A DNA stretch of 64,000 nucleotides from Malacoraja senta (Eukaryota): contig CM075988.1 in the NCBI GenBank assembly GCA_038087875.1, positions 18,478,001-18,542,000 of the forward strand, read 5' to 3'. Both the position numbers and the translations under genes were made by a program. Positions 48,151 to 60,487 of the stretch are shown piece by piece; within the stretch, counting starts at the first letter, position 1; the number at the start of each line of letters is the position of its first letter. The notes beneath the pieces were generated by a model. It ran no database searches. It saw only the letters and a program-made list of their open reading frames with translations, and was not told where the DNA came from.

Positions 48151-48829
48151 CTCACTATAGATAGCGACAGTGAGCCGGAAGGATTGTTGGGTCCTTGTTA
48201 CTGTTGATCAGCTGAGGTGCAAGGTGCTTCCGGAATGAATGGCCAAAGTGAGTCATTCTTTCCAGAGTCCAGGAGACTCGGAACTGTGTTAATTCTGCCC
48301 GATCACTCCAAATATCACCGCTGACCAGCAACCTCAGAGGACCAGGCACACGCGAGTGTGATTGTAGTCGTGCAACACTGTCGTACAGCATTGATGTACA
48401 GACCAATCTTGGGATCCGAGTCCATAGCTTCATGAAATTAGCAATCCAGCAACGGTGCTTTATTTGTTACATGTGCAAAACACAGTGATACTGTTTTCCG
48501 AGTCGGCGGCATTTGGCGGCATTTCTAAAATCCCATCCGCATGCTAGGTCTTATGGACTGGCGCCCGATCCAGGCGAGCTCCAGGCTGCTGCAACGGCCT
48601 TCAAGCGTGGCCTTTGTCTGAATCGTTCAACGATCTGACGTCCCTCTCCCAGTCCGGCCACCTTTGTGCCTCGGGGATACCTCCCACAGCCAACCTTGAA
48701 GGATGCGGATGGAAAGCCCCTGGTTGGCTTTTCAACCGGCCTTTCTCCTCGTGACCCTCATCACCAGCTCCCTCCTCTTTGGTACCTTGGCAGAAGGATT
48801 CTCTGCAACTTGGATCAGTTTAGCAACAA

Positions 48830-49880
48830 GAGAAAAGTAGATAGAGTGGTAAAGAAGGCATACGGTATGCTTGCATACCAGAAGGCAGTGGAGACTGGAT
48901 GTATTCAAGAGAGAGTTAGATATAGGTCTTAGAGCAGGGGTTCCCGACCTTTTTCGTCCCGTTTACCCCTGGCAACTTAATGTTATTTCACTTATTTATG
49001 AACAACTAATGATGAGCAGATACCGGTATACCAGAACCAAACACAAACAGTCAATGAGAAAAAATATGTATGAATCCAGAATCAACTAATTTACCCCCTG
49101 GGTAGGCGAAATTCACCCCCCGGGGGTAGATTTACCCTAGGTTGGGAACCCTTGTCTTAGGGCTAACGGAATCAAGGGATATGGGAAGAAAGCAGGAATG
49201 GGGTACTGATTTTGGATGATCAGCCATATATTGAATGGGGGTGCTAGCTTGAAGGGCCGAATGGCCTTCTCCTGCATCTATTTTCTATGTTTCTATGTTT
49301 CATTGCTTGGGGCATTGAGTATAAGAGTCGGGAAGTCATGATGCAACCTTATTAAGTCTTTGGTTAGACCGCATTTGGTGTATTGCATACATTTCTGGCC
49401 ACCCAGCTCCAGGAAGGATGTCATTAAGATGGAAAAGGTGCAGAAAAGATTCACCAGGATATTACCTGGATTGAAGGGCTTGAAGTATAAGGAAAGACAG
49501 GATAGGTTGGGATTTTTGGAGAGTAGGAGGCAGAGGGGTGACCTTAGAGAGGTTTATAAAATCATAAATGGCAGAGATACAGTAGGTAGATAATGATAGT
49601 CTTCCCAGGTTAGGGAGTCTAAAATTAGAGGGCATAGATTTAAGGTGAGAGGTATCAGAGAAGCAACGTTTTCACACAGCCTCCGGTGGGTATATAGGAC
49701 GAGCTGCCAGAGGAAGCTGTAGAGATGAGCATAATTACAACTTTTTAAAGATATTAGGACAGGCACACGGATAGAAAAGGATTAGAGAGATATACGTGGG
49801 CAAATGCGACGAGCTTGGTTAGACATGTTGGTCGGTATGGACCAGTTGGGCCGAAGGACCTGTTTCGGTGCTGTCCTCTT
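48830..49880 (+). mobile_element. Nested CR1 fragments
   Basis: VDRVVKKAYGMLA..LVRPHLVYCIHFWPP..KVQKRFTRILPGL; second CR1 3' end inserted at ~48877-49300. Confidence 0.85.
48935..49154. mobile_element. hAT (Charlie-like) MITE
   Basis: TIR CAGGGGTTCCCGACCT / AGGTTGGGAACCCTTG; 8-bp TSD TCTTAGAG (48927-48934) / TCTTAGGG (49155-49162). Confidence 0.9.
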
Positions 49881-50554
49881 TGATTCAGTGACTCAGTGAC
49901 ACAAATATATATTCAACGACAGGGAAAAGAAGAACTCAAGATGAGTGTCTGATTTCAGTCCGGAGGTTAGAAATGTTCCATTTGTTTCAGCAGAGTAGTC
50001 CTTGTTTCTAATAACCTGGTTATCACCCAATGGCTGGTTCACAATATTCACACATCATGGACACAAAGTAAGGTACTGCTAGGTGATCACTGGGCTGTCT
50101 TTTGGGTGAGATGTTGAATTGAGGCCCACGTGTCTTCAAGTTACTGTCCGAGGACAAGTTATCCCCAAAAGGACATGAAGTGTTGGAGTAACTCAACGGG
50201 TCGGGCAGCATCTCTGGAGACCATCTGAGTTGCTCCAGCATTGTTTGTCTATCTTATGGATATCTATCAGTCTGAAGAAGGGCCTCGACTTAAAACGTCA
50301 CCTATCCATGTTCTCCAGAGATGCTGCCTGACCTGCTGAGTTACTCCAGCACTTTGTGTCCTTTTGTGTATAAACCAGCACTTGTTGCTACAAGTTCTCC
50401 TCAATGCCCGTCCGCATCTTCCCCACTGGACAATAGAATATCTGCCTCACTATTCCCGCCCTTGTTCCTACATTATACGTGATAACACTAGAGCGTGGTT
50501 CATTGACACTGGGACATGACACTTTCCGAGGCACCTGAGAAGATTCAACATGTC

Positions 50555-50935
50555 TAGATAGATAGATAGATAGATTCCTTTATTGTCATTCAGACCTTTC
50601 GGTCTGAACGAAACTTCGTTGCCTGCAGTCATACATATAATAATAAATAACAAAACACACAATAAACACAAATTAACATCCACCACAGTGAGTTCACCAG
50701 GCACCTCCTCACTGTGATGGAGGCTAAAGTCTTAAAGTCTCTGTCTCTTCCCTCTTTGTTCTCCCTCTGCGCTGAGGCGATCCAGGCTTCTGACGCTGTG
50801 ACCCCGCCGGGTGATGGTAATTCAGTCCCGCGGCTGAATCCGTGCTCCGTCCGCGACGGGCCGGTTCAAACTCCGCGGCCCGGGGTGGCCGAAGCTGCCG
50901 AAGCTGCCGCCCTCCAGTCCAGCGGACGCAGTCTA
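50555..50935 (-). mobile_element. GC-rich non-autonomous element with Rex1-like tail and (CTAT)n end
   Basis: TTCAGACC-GAAA-GGTCTGAA stem-loop before TGACAATAAAG; ACATCCACCACAG block shared with 40544-41425. Confidence 0.7.
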
Positions 50936-50959
50936 TCAGGATTCCCTAGAACCTCAATG

Positions 50960-51210
50960 GATAGGCTATTCGCTGGCAACTGCTCTGCTCTTGACCGCCT
51001 GAACCTGCAGAGAGTGGTGAACACAGCCCGCTCCATCACAGGCTCCTCACCACCATCCATCCAGTCTATTGCCACGGTGCGTTGCAGCAGGAAGGTTGGA
51101 AGTATCGTCAAAGATGCCTTTCACTAATGCCATCCCCTTTTATCTCTATTACCTTCTTGAGCTTGAAAACTCAGTCGTCCAGCCTTAAGAACAGTTTCTT
51201 CCTGCTATTA
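50960..51210 (+). mobile_element. Rex1/Babar fragment
   Basis: FAGNCSALDRLNLQRVVNTARSITG..IVKDAFH. Confidence 0.85.
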
Positions 51211-52137
51211 GTTTAGTTTAGTTTAGATTAGTTTAGGGATACAGCACACTGAGTCCGCGCTGGCCAGCGATCCCCGCACACTTACACTATCCTACACACT
51301 CTAGGGTCAATTTACATTTATACCAAGCCAACTAACCTACAAACCTGTACGTCTTTGGGATGTCAAAGATGCACAGGTTTATCAGACTCCTGTATCAATC
51401 ACCTCAATCTCATCCCATTCCCGGAGGTGCTGCCAAGTGCAATACGATGCGATACAATACGATAGAACTTTATTTATCCCAGGATGGAAATTGATCTGCC
51501 AACAGTCGAGAGAGACTCAAGAGAGAGCTAGATAGGGCTCTTAAAAATAGCGGAGTCAGGGGATATGGGGAGAAGGCAGGAATTAATTGGGGATGATCAG
51601 CCATGATCACATTGAATGGCGGTGCTGGCTCGAAGGGCCAAATGGCCTACTCCTGCACCTATTGTCTATTGTCTATTGTCAATAACAGTCATAAAAACAC
51701 AAAATACATGAAACATGAGATTAAAATGATGAGTGGAGAGGCTTGGGGGATGTGCAAAGATTGGGGGGGGGGGGAAGGGGGTCAGTCTCAGTCTACCCCA
51801 CGACAGAAGGGGGAGGAGGTGTAAAGTTTGATAGCCACGGGGAAGAAGGATCTCCTGTGGCGCTCTGTCCTGCAAGAGTTCTCTTCCTCCTCACACGACC
51901 GCATTCAGTCATTCCGTTATTGTACTCCGATATATTTGTTGTACTACTTCAGATTGTACCACAATCTTTCTGCACCATTCTGCTGGCTTTGCACTCTTAT
52001 TTATTCTTGTGCCTGGCATTATCACTGCTCTGCACTCAATGAGCTGAATGCAAACAAGAAATGTTATTGCACCTGGTGCACATAGCAATAAATGAATCAG
52101 ATCTGAATCTAAAATTCTTTCATTTCTAGAATCTTAA

Positions 52138-52382
52138 AGGGCCTGTCCCACTTACGGATTTTTTCGGCGACTTGCCGGCACCCGTCATAGTCACAGCAGG
52201 TCGTCACGTGTCGACATGTCGCAGGGTCACGCCTGTATGGCCGTGAATAGTCACCCAAAGAGTCGTACCTTTTTCTGGTCGCCGCTGGATGTCCAACATG
52301 TTGGAAAATTTTCGACCACCTGCTGCGACCACAACGGGTGCCGGCAAGTCGCCAAAAAAATCGCGTAAGTGGGACAGGCCCT
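52138..52382. mobile_element. PIF/Harbinger MITE
   Basis: AGGGCCTGTCCCACTT / AAGTGGGACAGGCCCT termini, inverted repeat ~60 bp; flanks TAA / TAT. Confidence 0.88.
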
Positions 52383-52384
52383 TA

Positions 52385-52687
52385 TTAGACTTTCGCCTTG
52401 AGAGATACAGCCTGGAAACAGGCCCTTCGGCCCACCAACTCTGCACCAACCCCCTACACTACAACACCATCTTACACACACTGGGGACAATTTACAGCTT
52501 TACCGAAACTAATTAACCTGCAAACATTTATGACCACGGGACGTGGGAGGAAACCGGAGCACCCGGTGAAAACTCATGCGGTTACAGGGAGAACGTACAA
52601 ACTCCATGCAGCATCCGTAGTCAGGATCGAACCCAGGTCTCTGGCACTGTGAGGCAGCAACTCTACCGCTGCGCCACCGTGCCGTCC
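52385..52687 (-). mobile_element. HE1-type V-SINE
   Basis: Ends CTCTACCGCTGCGCCACCGTGCCG (reverse head). Confidence 0.92.
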
Positions 52688-52764
52688 TGTATAGATGCAC
52701 ACACCTACAGAATCCCCACAGGCTGCTGCCATTACAGCGCCCACTCACACTCTCAGGCAGATGG

Positions 52765-53000
52765 ATGTCTCTCGACACAATCTGAAGAGCAGGGAGCTTT
52801 CCCCAGAATCCGGCCACTTCTTAGTCCTCAATCAACAACACCAGAACAGATTATCTGTCCTTTATCAGATCTCTGTTTGTGCAAGCTTTTACTGTTTGCC
52901 AATGGGCTGTTGTTGCCACAGTAATCACACTTCACAAGTGCTATATTAGCTACAAAGATCTTTGGGATGCGATTAGATGTGGAAGGACGATAAAACCCAC
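52765..53000 (+). mobile_element. Deu-domain SINE (SacSINE1/AmnSINE1-like) remnant
   Basis: GAAGAGCAGGG..CCTCAATCAACAACACCAGAACAGATTATCTG..CTGTTTGTG..ACACTTCACAAGTGC..CTTTGGGATG. Confidence 0.7.
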
Positions 53001-53078
53001 TTTTATTTTATGTGTATTGCTTTGTGATATTCTGATGTACGTAGAAGATTTTGGTTTAGGTTTAATATTGCCTCGTGT

Positions 53079-53580
53079 TTGGAGGAATAGTGAAATTCCG
53101 CTTGGGTAGCTTACAGTCCAACGGGATGAACATTGAATTCTCCAAATTTAGCAAAACAAAGAACCACCACATCTCTCCTTCTTCCCCCATAATCCCCCCT
53201 CCCCCCCATCTCCCTCCCTCCATCCACCCATGCCCCACATAGACTCTCACCTATATCTCCCCCCACCCCCTCCCCTTCCACCTACATTCCTTCCTCAAGC
53301 TTTACAATTCGCAACTCTTCAATCCTTTTGTCTCACACCTGCTGTCTTTACATCTTTGGTCTTATTCCATCTATCTGCCACCCCCCCCCCCCCCACCTCT
53401 ACCTCACCTGTATTAACCTATTACCTGCCACGCTCTTTCCTGCCCCCCCCGTCTTCCAGTTTCTTCTCCCCCCTCCCCATAATTAGTCTGAGGAAGGGTC
53501 CTGACCTGGAATCTCACCTCTCCATCTTTACCAGAGATGCTGCCTGACCTGTTGAGTTACTCCAGCACTTTGTGTCTTTT
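53079..53580 (+). mobile_element. Penelope-like element 3' end (GIY-YIG ORF C-terminus + pseudo-LTR unit)
   Basis: LEE..FRLGSLQSNGMNIEFSKF at 53079-53149, C/T-rich UTR, then CTGAGGAAGGGTCCTGACC..GAGTTACTCCAGCACTTTGTGTC. Confidence 0.8.
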
Positions 53581-54175
53581 TTGGAGGTGCAGTGAGAAGC
53601 CTAGTTTTGCATGCAATTCAATCCGATCAGATAATACTAGGTGTGGTCCTGGTGGGACGAGCGGAGTGCAGAGGGGATAATTCATAAGGTCATGTGAAAG
53701 GAGTAGAATTAGGCCATTCGGCCCATCAAGTCTACTCCACCATTCAATAATGGCTGATCTATCTCTCCCTCCTAACCCCATTCTCCTGCCTTCTCCCCAT
53801 AACCTCTGACACGATTGGCAAAGTCTATAATAGCGGGAAAACAGGAGGGGTTAAGTGCAGAAGATTATGACCAGGACAATCTTTTATCAGCTCTTTCAGA
53901 AAGAGCGTTACTGCTAGAAATTGTGGAAAGTGTTCTCTTGCTCCCGTGATGTATAAAGCTGCATAGAATGGGAAGGCAGGCCAGTTATATAAGGACTTTT
54001 TGGCTTGAGGTTCTTTTAATATTTGTCAGTTTCTAAGTGGCACAATCTGGAACAATTAATCTGCCAGTGGCATAAATGGGGCACAAAATGACAGTGCATT
54101 AACGTCACTTTAACACAGTGATGCCCAATGCCAGCCAGTGTGGTCAGGGTAGGGTTAGTGTGTGTGTGTGTTAGT

Positions 54176-54539
54176 TAATAATAATAATAATAATAATGGA
54201 TGGGATTTATATAGCACCTTTCTAATACTCAAGGCGCTTTACATCGCATTATTCATTCACTCCTCAGTCACACTCGGTGGTGGTGAGCTACTTCTGTAGC
54301 CACAGCTGCCCTGGGGCAGACTGACGGAAGCGTGGCTGCTAATCTGCGCCTACGGCCCCTCCGACCACCACCAATCACTCACACACATTCACACACATTC
54401 ACACACATTCACACGCAGGCAAAGGTGGGTGAAGTGTCTTGCCCAAGGACACAACGACAGTATGCACTCCAAGCGGGATTCAAACCGGCTACCTTCCGGT
54501 TGCCAGCCGAACACTTAGCCCATTGCGCCATCTGCCGTC
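54176..54539 (-). mobile_element. tRNA-derived SINE with L2-type tail, teleost-like family (full length)
   Basis: A box TGGCGCAATGG, B box GGTTTGAATCC; about 6 substitutions (counted by eye) from the copy at 28822-29160. Confidence 0.9.
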
Positions 54540-54883
54540 AACTCCAAAGGTCAGCTCCTAATGGTCTGATGGTCTTCCTCCCTGCGACCGCACATATCTC
54601 ATGGAGTCATCGCGACATGCAGCATGGAAACAGGCCCTTCAGCCCGTCATGGCCCTTCGGCCCAACAGGCCCATGCCGACCAAGATGCCCCATGTACGCT
54701 AGCCGCACCGGCCAGCATTCGACCCTCAACCATCTAACTCTTTGCTTTTCCGCAGATAGCATCTAAGATGGCGGCCAAGCCAGGCGACTCTCTGAGCGCT
54801 GGTCCCAGAAGGTATTGGAGGGATATGGATCACGTGCAGGCAGTGGAGATTAGCTTATGCTTATAAGAATCACTTATTAGCTA

Positions 54884-55198
54884 GGGCGGCCCGTTGCGGT
54901 TGGGGTGGAGCTACTGCCTCACAGCACCAGAAACCCGGGTTCAATCCTGACTTCGGATGCTTGTCTGTACGGAGTTTGTATGTTCTCCCCGTGACCTGCG
55001 TGGGTTTTCTCAGAGATCTTCAGTTTCCTCCTGCACTCAAAAAGACTTACAGGTTTGTAGATTAATTGGCTTGGTATATATGTAAAAAAGTTGTCCCTAG
55101 TCTGTGTAGGGTAGTGTTAATGTGCGGGGATCACTGGGCAGCACGGACTCTTTTGGGCCAAAGGGCCTGTATCCGCGCTGTATCTCTAAACTGAACTG
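54884..55198 (+). mobile_element. HE1-type V-SINE
   Basis: B box, V domain, tail. Confidence 0.9.
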
Positions 55199-56149
55199 AT
55201 CATACCTTAGTATCATGTTCGGCAAAACCATTGCGGACCTAAAGGCCTGTGGTGTGCTGTTCTATATTCTGTGCTGTTAACAGTAAAAGTTGAGTTTGTT
55301 ATTGTCACGTGTACTGAGGTATAGTGAGTAGCTTTTGTGGTGATTCAGGGGGTGGAGTGGGTGATCCAATGCATCTCCAGCCAGCTATTGGCAAATTATA
55401 AACCCAGAGACTGCTCAAGGGATAACGTTATTTTTCTCTCTGTATCATTGCTATCCTTTAAAAAGACATCCATCTTCAACCCCCCATCAAACTGGGCCCA
55501 GGAATATTTGAGATCACTGACGTGATGTAAAAATAAAATAAATCAATACTTAATAAAATATTTTTCACAAAGGTTGATAAATATTACCTCATTCATCATT
55601 GTCCTGCGTGAGTCCTGCACTCCCTGCTGCCCATTCAGTTGGAAAGGTTTAATACATGGTTACAGAATGGAAACAGAGCCCACACGTGAGGGACTGGTGA
55701 GACCGAGCACTTTAAGTGAGCCCGTCCCTTTAAATCATCCATCATATTAAAATTAAATACAACTATGATAGATGAGCCATTTCATTTCTTTTACCAATAG
55801 ATCCTTGATTATTACTCTCCGAAATGATCTTCAATATGTGTTCACCCGACCTGTTGGAACGAGGCATTTCATTCCAAGTGTAATTTTCAGTGAGGTGAGT
55901 TTTCATTATGGTTGCTGTTGAATTGAAGCAAGTCAATGTTCCCATCCCTCCTGGTGTTTCTCATGAAGTCTGAAGTGGCCTTTGCATTGTGTTGCCCTGG
56001 TACCAACATGGGATAAACCGGCACGGTCTGCACGCTTCATCAACAGGACATCCAAAACGTTTCTTCACAGCCCATGTGGCGCTTTCTGGAGAAAAGTCAC
56101 TGTTGTAATTTGGAAAACTTAGTTGCCAATCTCTGCACAGTGAAGAAAA

Positions 56150-56450
56150 GGCTGGGTAGAGTAGATGTGGAGAGGATGTTTCCACTAGTGGGAGAGTCTA
56201 GGACCAGAGGTCATAGCCTCAGAATTAAAGGACGTTCCTTTAAGAAGGAGATGAGGAGGAATTTATTTAGTCCGAGGCTGGTGAATCTGTGGAATCCATT
56301 GCCACAGATGGCTGTGGAGGCCGTCAATGGGTATTTTTAAGGCAGAGATAGGTAGATTCTTGATTAGTTTGGGTGTCAGGGGATATATGGAGAAGGCAGG
56401 AGAATGGGGTTAGGAGGGAGAGATAGATCAGCCATGATTGAATGGCAGAG
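56150..56450 (+). mobile_element. CR1 LINE 3' end
   Basis: RVDVERMFPLVGESRTRGHSLRIKGRSFKKEMRRN. Confidence 0.9.
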
Positions 56451-56480
56451 GGCCAGGAATGATCACTGCCATATGTCATC

Positions 56481-56785
56481 TTTAGTTTAGTTTAGAGATA
56501 CAGCGTCGAAACAGGCCCTTTGGCCCACCGAGTCTGCGCCAACCAGCGATCCCTGTACACTAGCATTATCCTACACACTAGGGACCATTTACAGTTTTGC
56601 CAAGCCAATTAGCCTACAAACCTGTATGTCTTTGGGGTGTGGAAACTGGAGGAAACTGAAGCTCCCGGAGAAAACCCACGCAGGTCACGGGGAGAATGTA
56701 CAAATGCAGTACACCTGTAGTCAGGATCAAACCTGGGTCTCTGGTGCTATGAGGCAGCAACTCTACCGCTGCGCCACTGTGCCGC
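56481..56785 (-). mobile_element. HE1-type V-SINE
   Basis: Reverse tail through reverse head. Confidence 0.92.
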
Positions 56786-57355
56786 ACTGTAAAAAGAGTT
56801 TTGAAAAGCCATCGTCTGCTTATCACTAATATAAATCTCAGACTGCTGAAATATTTTTGTTGATGTTGTTCGAGAGTGAACCATTCTCCTGGTTCTCCGG
56901 GACTTACATCTCCTGCTCTTCGTCACAATAGTTGCTGAGGAATGTTTAATGTCCAACGAAGAGTGGACATGACCTCACTTTTGAATCTAATGCCTCTGAA
57001 TCAGGTTACATGGTTTACGACAGCATGTACCTTAAATCTTTCCATCAGCACCACTCACATGGATGTTTATAGCAGATCAGTGTTTGTGTGTTATTGGAGT
57101 TGAATTTCTGTTTGTCAATGGAGATTGCAAATCCTTCATTCACAAACCTCTTTAGAGCCGATGCTTGAAATCTGAGTAGACCATGGATGAATTTCCCTCG
57201 CACTAATAATGTTTGTTGCAAGCACACATCATCATCGGAGAGGTATTCCAGGGTGGTCTTTGAGGTTTTTGCAGGCAGTAAGAGGAGCAGTTGTACGTCA
57301 GGATATTCTCCTTCCATCACATTAAGAGCAGGTTCATAGAACATGGAGCAGTATA

Positions 57356-57616
57356 GGGCGGCACGGTGGCGCAGCGGTAGTTGCTGCCTTACAGCGCCCG
57401 AAACCGGGTTCGATCCTGACGATGGGTGCCTGTCTGTTGGCTTGTCTCCAGGAGGGTCTAGTTTTCTCCCACACTCCAAAGGTGTACAGGTTTGTAGGTC
57501 AATTGGTAAAATTGTAAATTGTTCCTTGTGTGTGTAGAATAGTGTTAATGTGTGGGGATCGTTGGTCGGCACAGACTTGGTGGGCTGAAGGGCCTGTTTC
57601 CGTGCAGTATCTCTGA
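57356..57616 (+). mobile_element. HE1-type V-SINE (internally deleted)
   Basis: GGGCGGCACGGTGGCGCAGCGGTAG head, B box, tail. Confidence 0.9.
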
Positions 57617-58019
57617 ATTACTCACCATAAATAAGCGGAACAGGCAGCATCTCTGGAGAGAAGGAATGGGTGACCTTAGTACCAACATGGACTTTCAGAC
57701 CAATTTATATCTTGCCAATATAAACTCTGAGAGGTGCCTGCTGGAGACTTGCCCGTGGCTGCCTCATAGGGAGGTTCAATGGATTCTTCAGAGCAGCAGA
57801 AAGTGAAGATTAGAGAATGGAGCTTCTTCCTCTTGCGGCAATGTAGATGGTTAGAAGAGTTTGTGTTGCTGCACAGTGGGATTAATTATCGATGTCGTCT
57901 CTGGAGAGGGAGCAGGGGAGACTCTGAGGATGGACTAGCGCTGAAACAGGTTGGTGATGGGGAAAGATTGGATGCGTTGGGCTTTTTCTTTGTAATGTAA
58001 GAGTCTGAAGAAGAAACTT

Positions 58020-59402
58020 TTTTTTTTTTTTTTTTTTTTTAATTTTATTTATTAGAAGTACATTACATCACAGCCACATACATTAATACTCGTCATTTAT
58101 ATCTTCTTACAATTAATGTACTCCCTTTATTTTTTTTTTACGCTAAAGAAAGAAAAGATTGAAAGAGAGAAGAAAGTGAAGGAAAAAGTGCAAGTGTAGA
58201 AAAGTGTAGAAAATGTAACAACAAACAAAAAAAAAAAAAAGGACGGGGACCCTATGAAAGCGAAATTAAAGACAAAAAAAAAAAAGGAGTTAAGAAATAG
58301 GCCCTAAGAAAAGAAAAGAGAGAGAGAGAAAAAGAAAAACAAATGTTTTTTTTTTTGAGCATCACGTAAATAGGACATACCAACTCTTCAACTATCATCC
58401 CCCCTTACCCGACCTCAATTTTTTATTTTTTTAAAGTACTTTTGCACCCTATGTTTGTAATAATTCTATAAATGCAGACCACGTCAGGTGGAAGTGATCT
58501 GGTTTACCTGCTAGGAGGAGTCTTATCTCTTCAAGGTGTAGTGTTTCAAACATATTTGAAATCCACATATTTATAGTTGGTATTGGAGCCTTCTTCCAAA
58601 ATTTTAGAATTAGCTTTTTTCCAGTTATTAACCCATAATCCATTAATTTCTTTTGAAACACATTTAGTTCTGGATCATCTTCCGTTATTCCGAAGATAAT
58701 CCATTCTGCTTTGGGTATCAGTCTTGTTTTAAATAACTTTGTAAAGATTTCAAAAATTTCATTCCAAAATTTTTGAATTTTTGTACAGAAGACAAATGAG
58801 TGCGCTATAGTTGCTTCTTGGGATTGACATTTATCACAAATAGATGATACGTTTGGGAAAATTTTATGAATTTTAGTTTTCGAATAATATAATCTATGTA
58901 AAATTTTAAATTGTATTAAAGTGTGTCTTACATTAATCGAGCATTTATGTACTTTTAATAAGTATTCATTCCAACTTTCCTTTGAAATTTTAATGGCTAA
59001 CTCTTGTTCCCAGTCTCTTCTGATACCCTCCGTAGATGGTATTTGTACATTTAAGATAATATTGTACAAATATGATATTAAGTTTGCTGATTCCGCTTTG
59101 TCTGCATTGCCTCGTCCAGTACATCTGCTGGGTTATTATGATGATCTTTTATATATTTTTTCAAATAGTCGCATATTTTGAAAGTATTTAAAATATTGAT
59201 TATTTCCGAGTTTATATTTTATTTGTAATTGTTGAAATGAAAGTAATTTTCCAGTTTCATACAAGTCACCAAGCGTTTTAATTCCTAGTCTATCCCATTG
59301 TGTATAAGCTTTATCTATAAATAGAAGGACTAAACGAAGGGTTATTGACTATAGGTAATAAAAGTGATAAGTTTCTTAATTTTAAATTTTGTTTTATTTG
59401 TT
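58020..59402 (-). mobile_element. L1-clade LINE, 5'-truncated, with poly(A)
   Basis: Poly(T) at ~58018-58040, AATAAA, TSD GAAACTT (58013-58019 / 59403-59409) at a TT|AAG L1-endonuclease-like site. Confidence 0.93.
58449..59069 (-). CDS. L1 ORF2 C-terminal region with CCHC zinc knuckle (fragment; upstream frameshift near 59095)
   Basis: QFKILHRLYYSK..CDKCQSQEATIAHSFVFCTKIQKFW..ILKFWK. Confidence 0.9.
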   Translation of the reverse strand: MYNIILNVQIPSTEGIRRDWEQELAIKISKESWNEYLLKVHKCSINVRHTLIQFKILHRLYYSKTKIHKIFPNVSSICDKCQSQEATIAHSFVFCTKIQKFWNEIFEIFTKLFKTRLIPKAEWIIFGITEDDPELNVFQKKLMDYGLITGKKLILKFWKKAPIPTINMWISNMFETLHLEEIRLLLAGKPDHFHLTWSAFIELLQT

Positions 59403-60487
59403 GAAACTTAACCAAGATGTTATCAAGTTAATAAGTTCCTTGGTGCAGGACATTTTTTTCTTACTGGAGGAAACAAGACTCATGAAGGATGGATTTAAAG
59501 GGATTAATGGAAGGATTTGGTATTGGTATTGGTTTGTTATAGTCATGGATATGGTGGAAAGCTTTGTTTGCGTGCTATGCAGTCAAATCATACCACACGT
59601 GAGAACAATCACTCCATACACAAGTACAACAGGTCGTGCAAAGAGAAAAATACCAGAGAGCAGAATATTATGTTACAGTGTTATAGTGTTCTAGTTACAG
59701 AGAAAGTGCAGATAGAAAAAAGTGCAAGGCCCACAATGAGGTTGGTTGGGAGATCAAACTACACAGTTCTACACAGTTTAGGTTATTGTCACGTGTAGGT
59801 ATAGTGAAATGCTTTTGTTGCGTGCTATCCAGTCAGCGGAAAGACAATGCATGATTACAATCAAGCCATTTACAGTATAGATACGTGATAAGGGAATGAT
59901 GTTTTGTGCGAGGTAAAGCCATCAAAGTCCGATCAAAGATAGTCCGAGGGTCACCAACAGGCTAGCTTATGAGACGACCATGCAATAGTCTGATAACCGT
60001 GGGGAAGAAGCTGTTTCTGAATCTCATGGCAGGTGCTTTCAAGCTTTTGCGTCTTGTGCCTGACGTGATAGGGTGGGGGATAAGACTAGGAAGCACTTCA
60101 GCTAACAGAGACTTGATGGACTGAATGGCCTCCTTGTGTTAATGTTGTATGATTGTCTGCGCTGCACTACACACTGAGATGCCAGCAGAGGATGGACAGC
60201 AGGAGAGTGTGAGCATTAAATATGAAACAGTCTCTTTATTGGCTGCTGGCAATGTTACATTAAAGAACTTGGAACGTGGAAACTTCCATAAAGTCTGGGC
60301 AGTTTCTTTTATACGATAACAATTTTTGCTCTGTAAGATTCAAAGGAATTCTTTTGAGGCTTCTTGAAATAACAGATTATACAATTCTTCACATTGGAAG
60401 TAAACCAAGTTGTCACCGTCTGTTGCGCCTGGATATCTCTATCCATAATGGGACGACATTCCTTCACCACAGAGGACGGGTGTTAGT

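Noticed and set aside
57045..57572. 175-aa ORF
   Set aside because: The N-terminal half is antisense HE1 SINE and the remainder shows no recognisable homology
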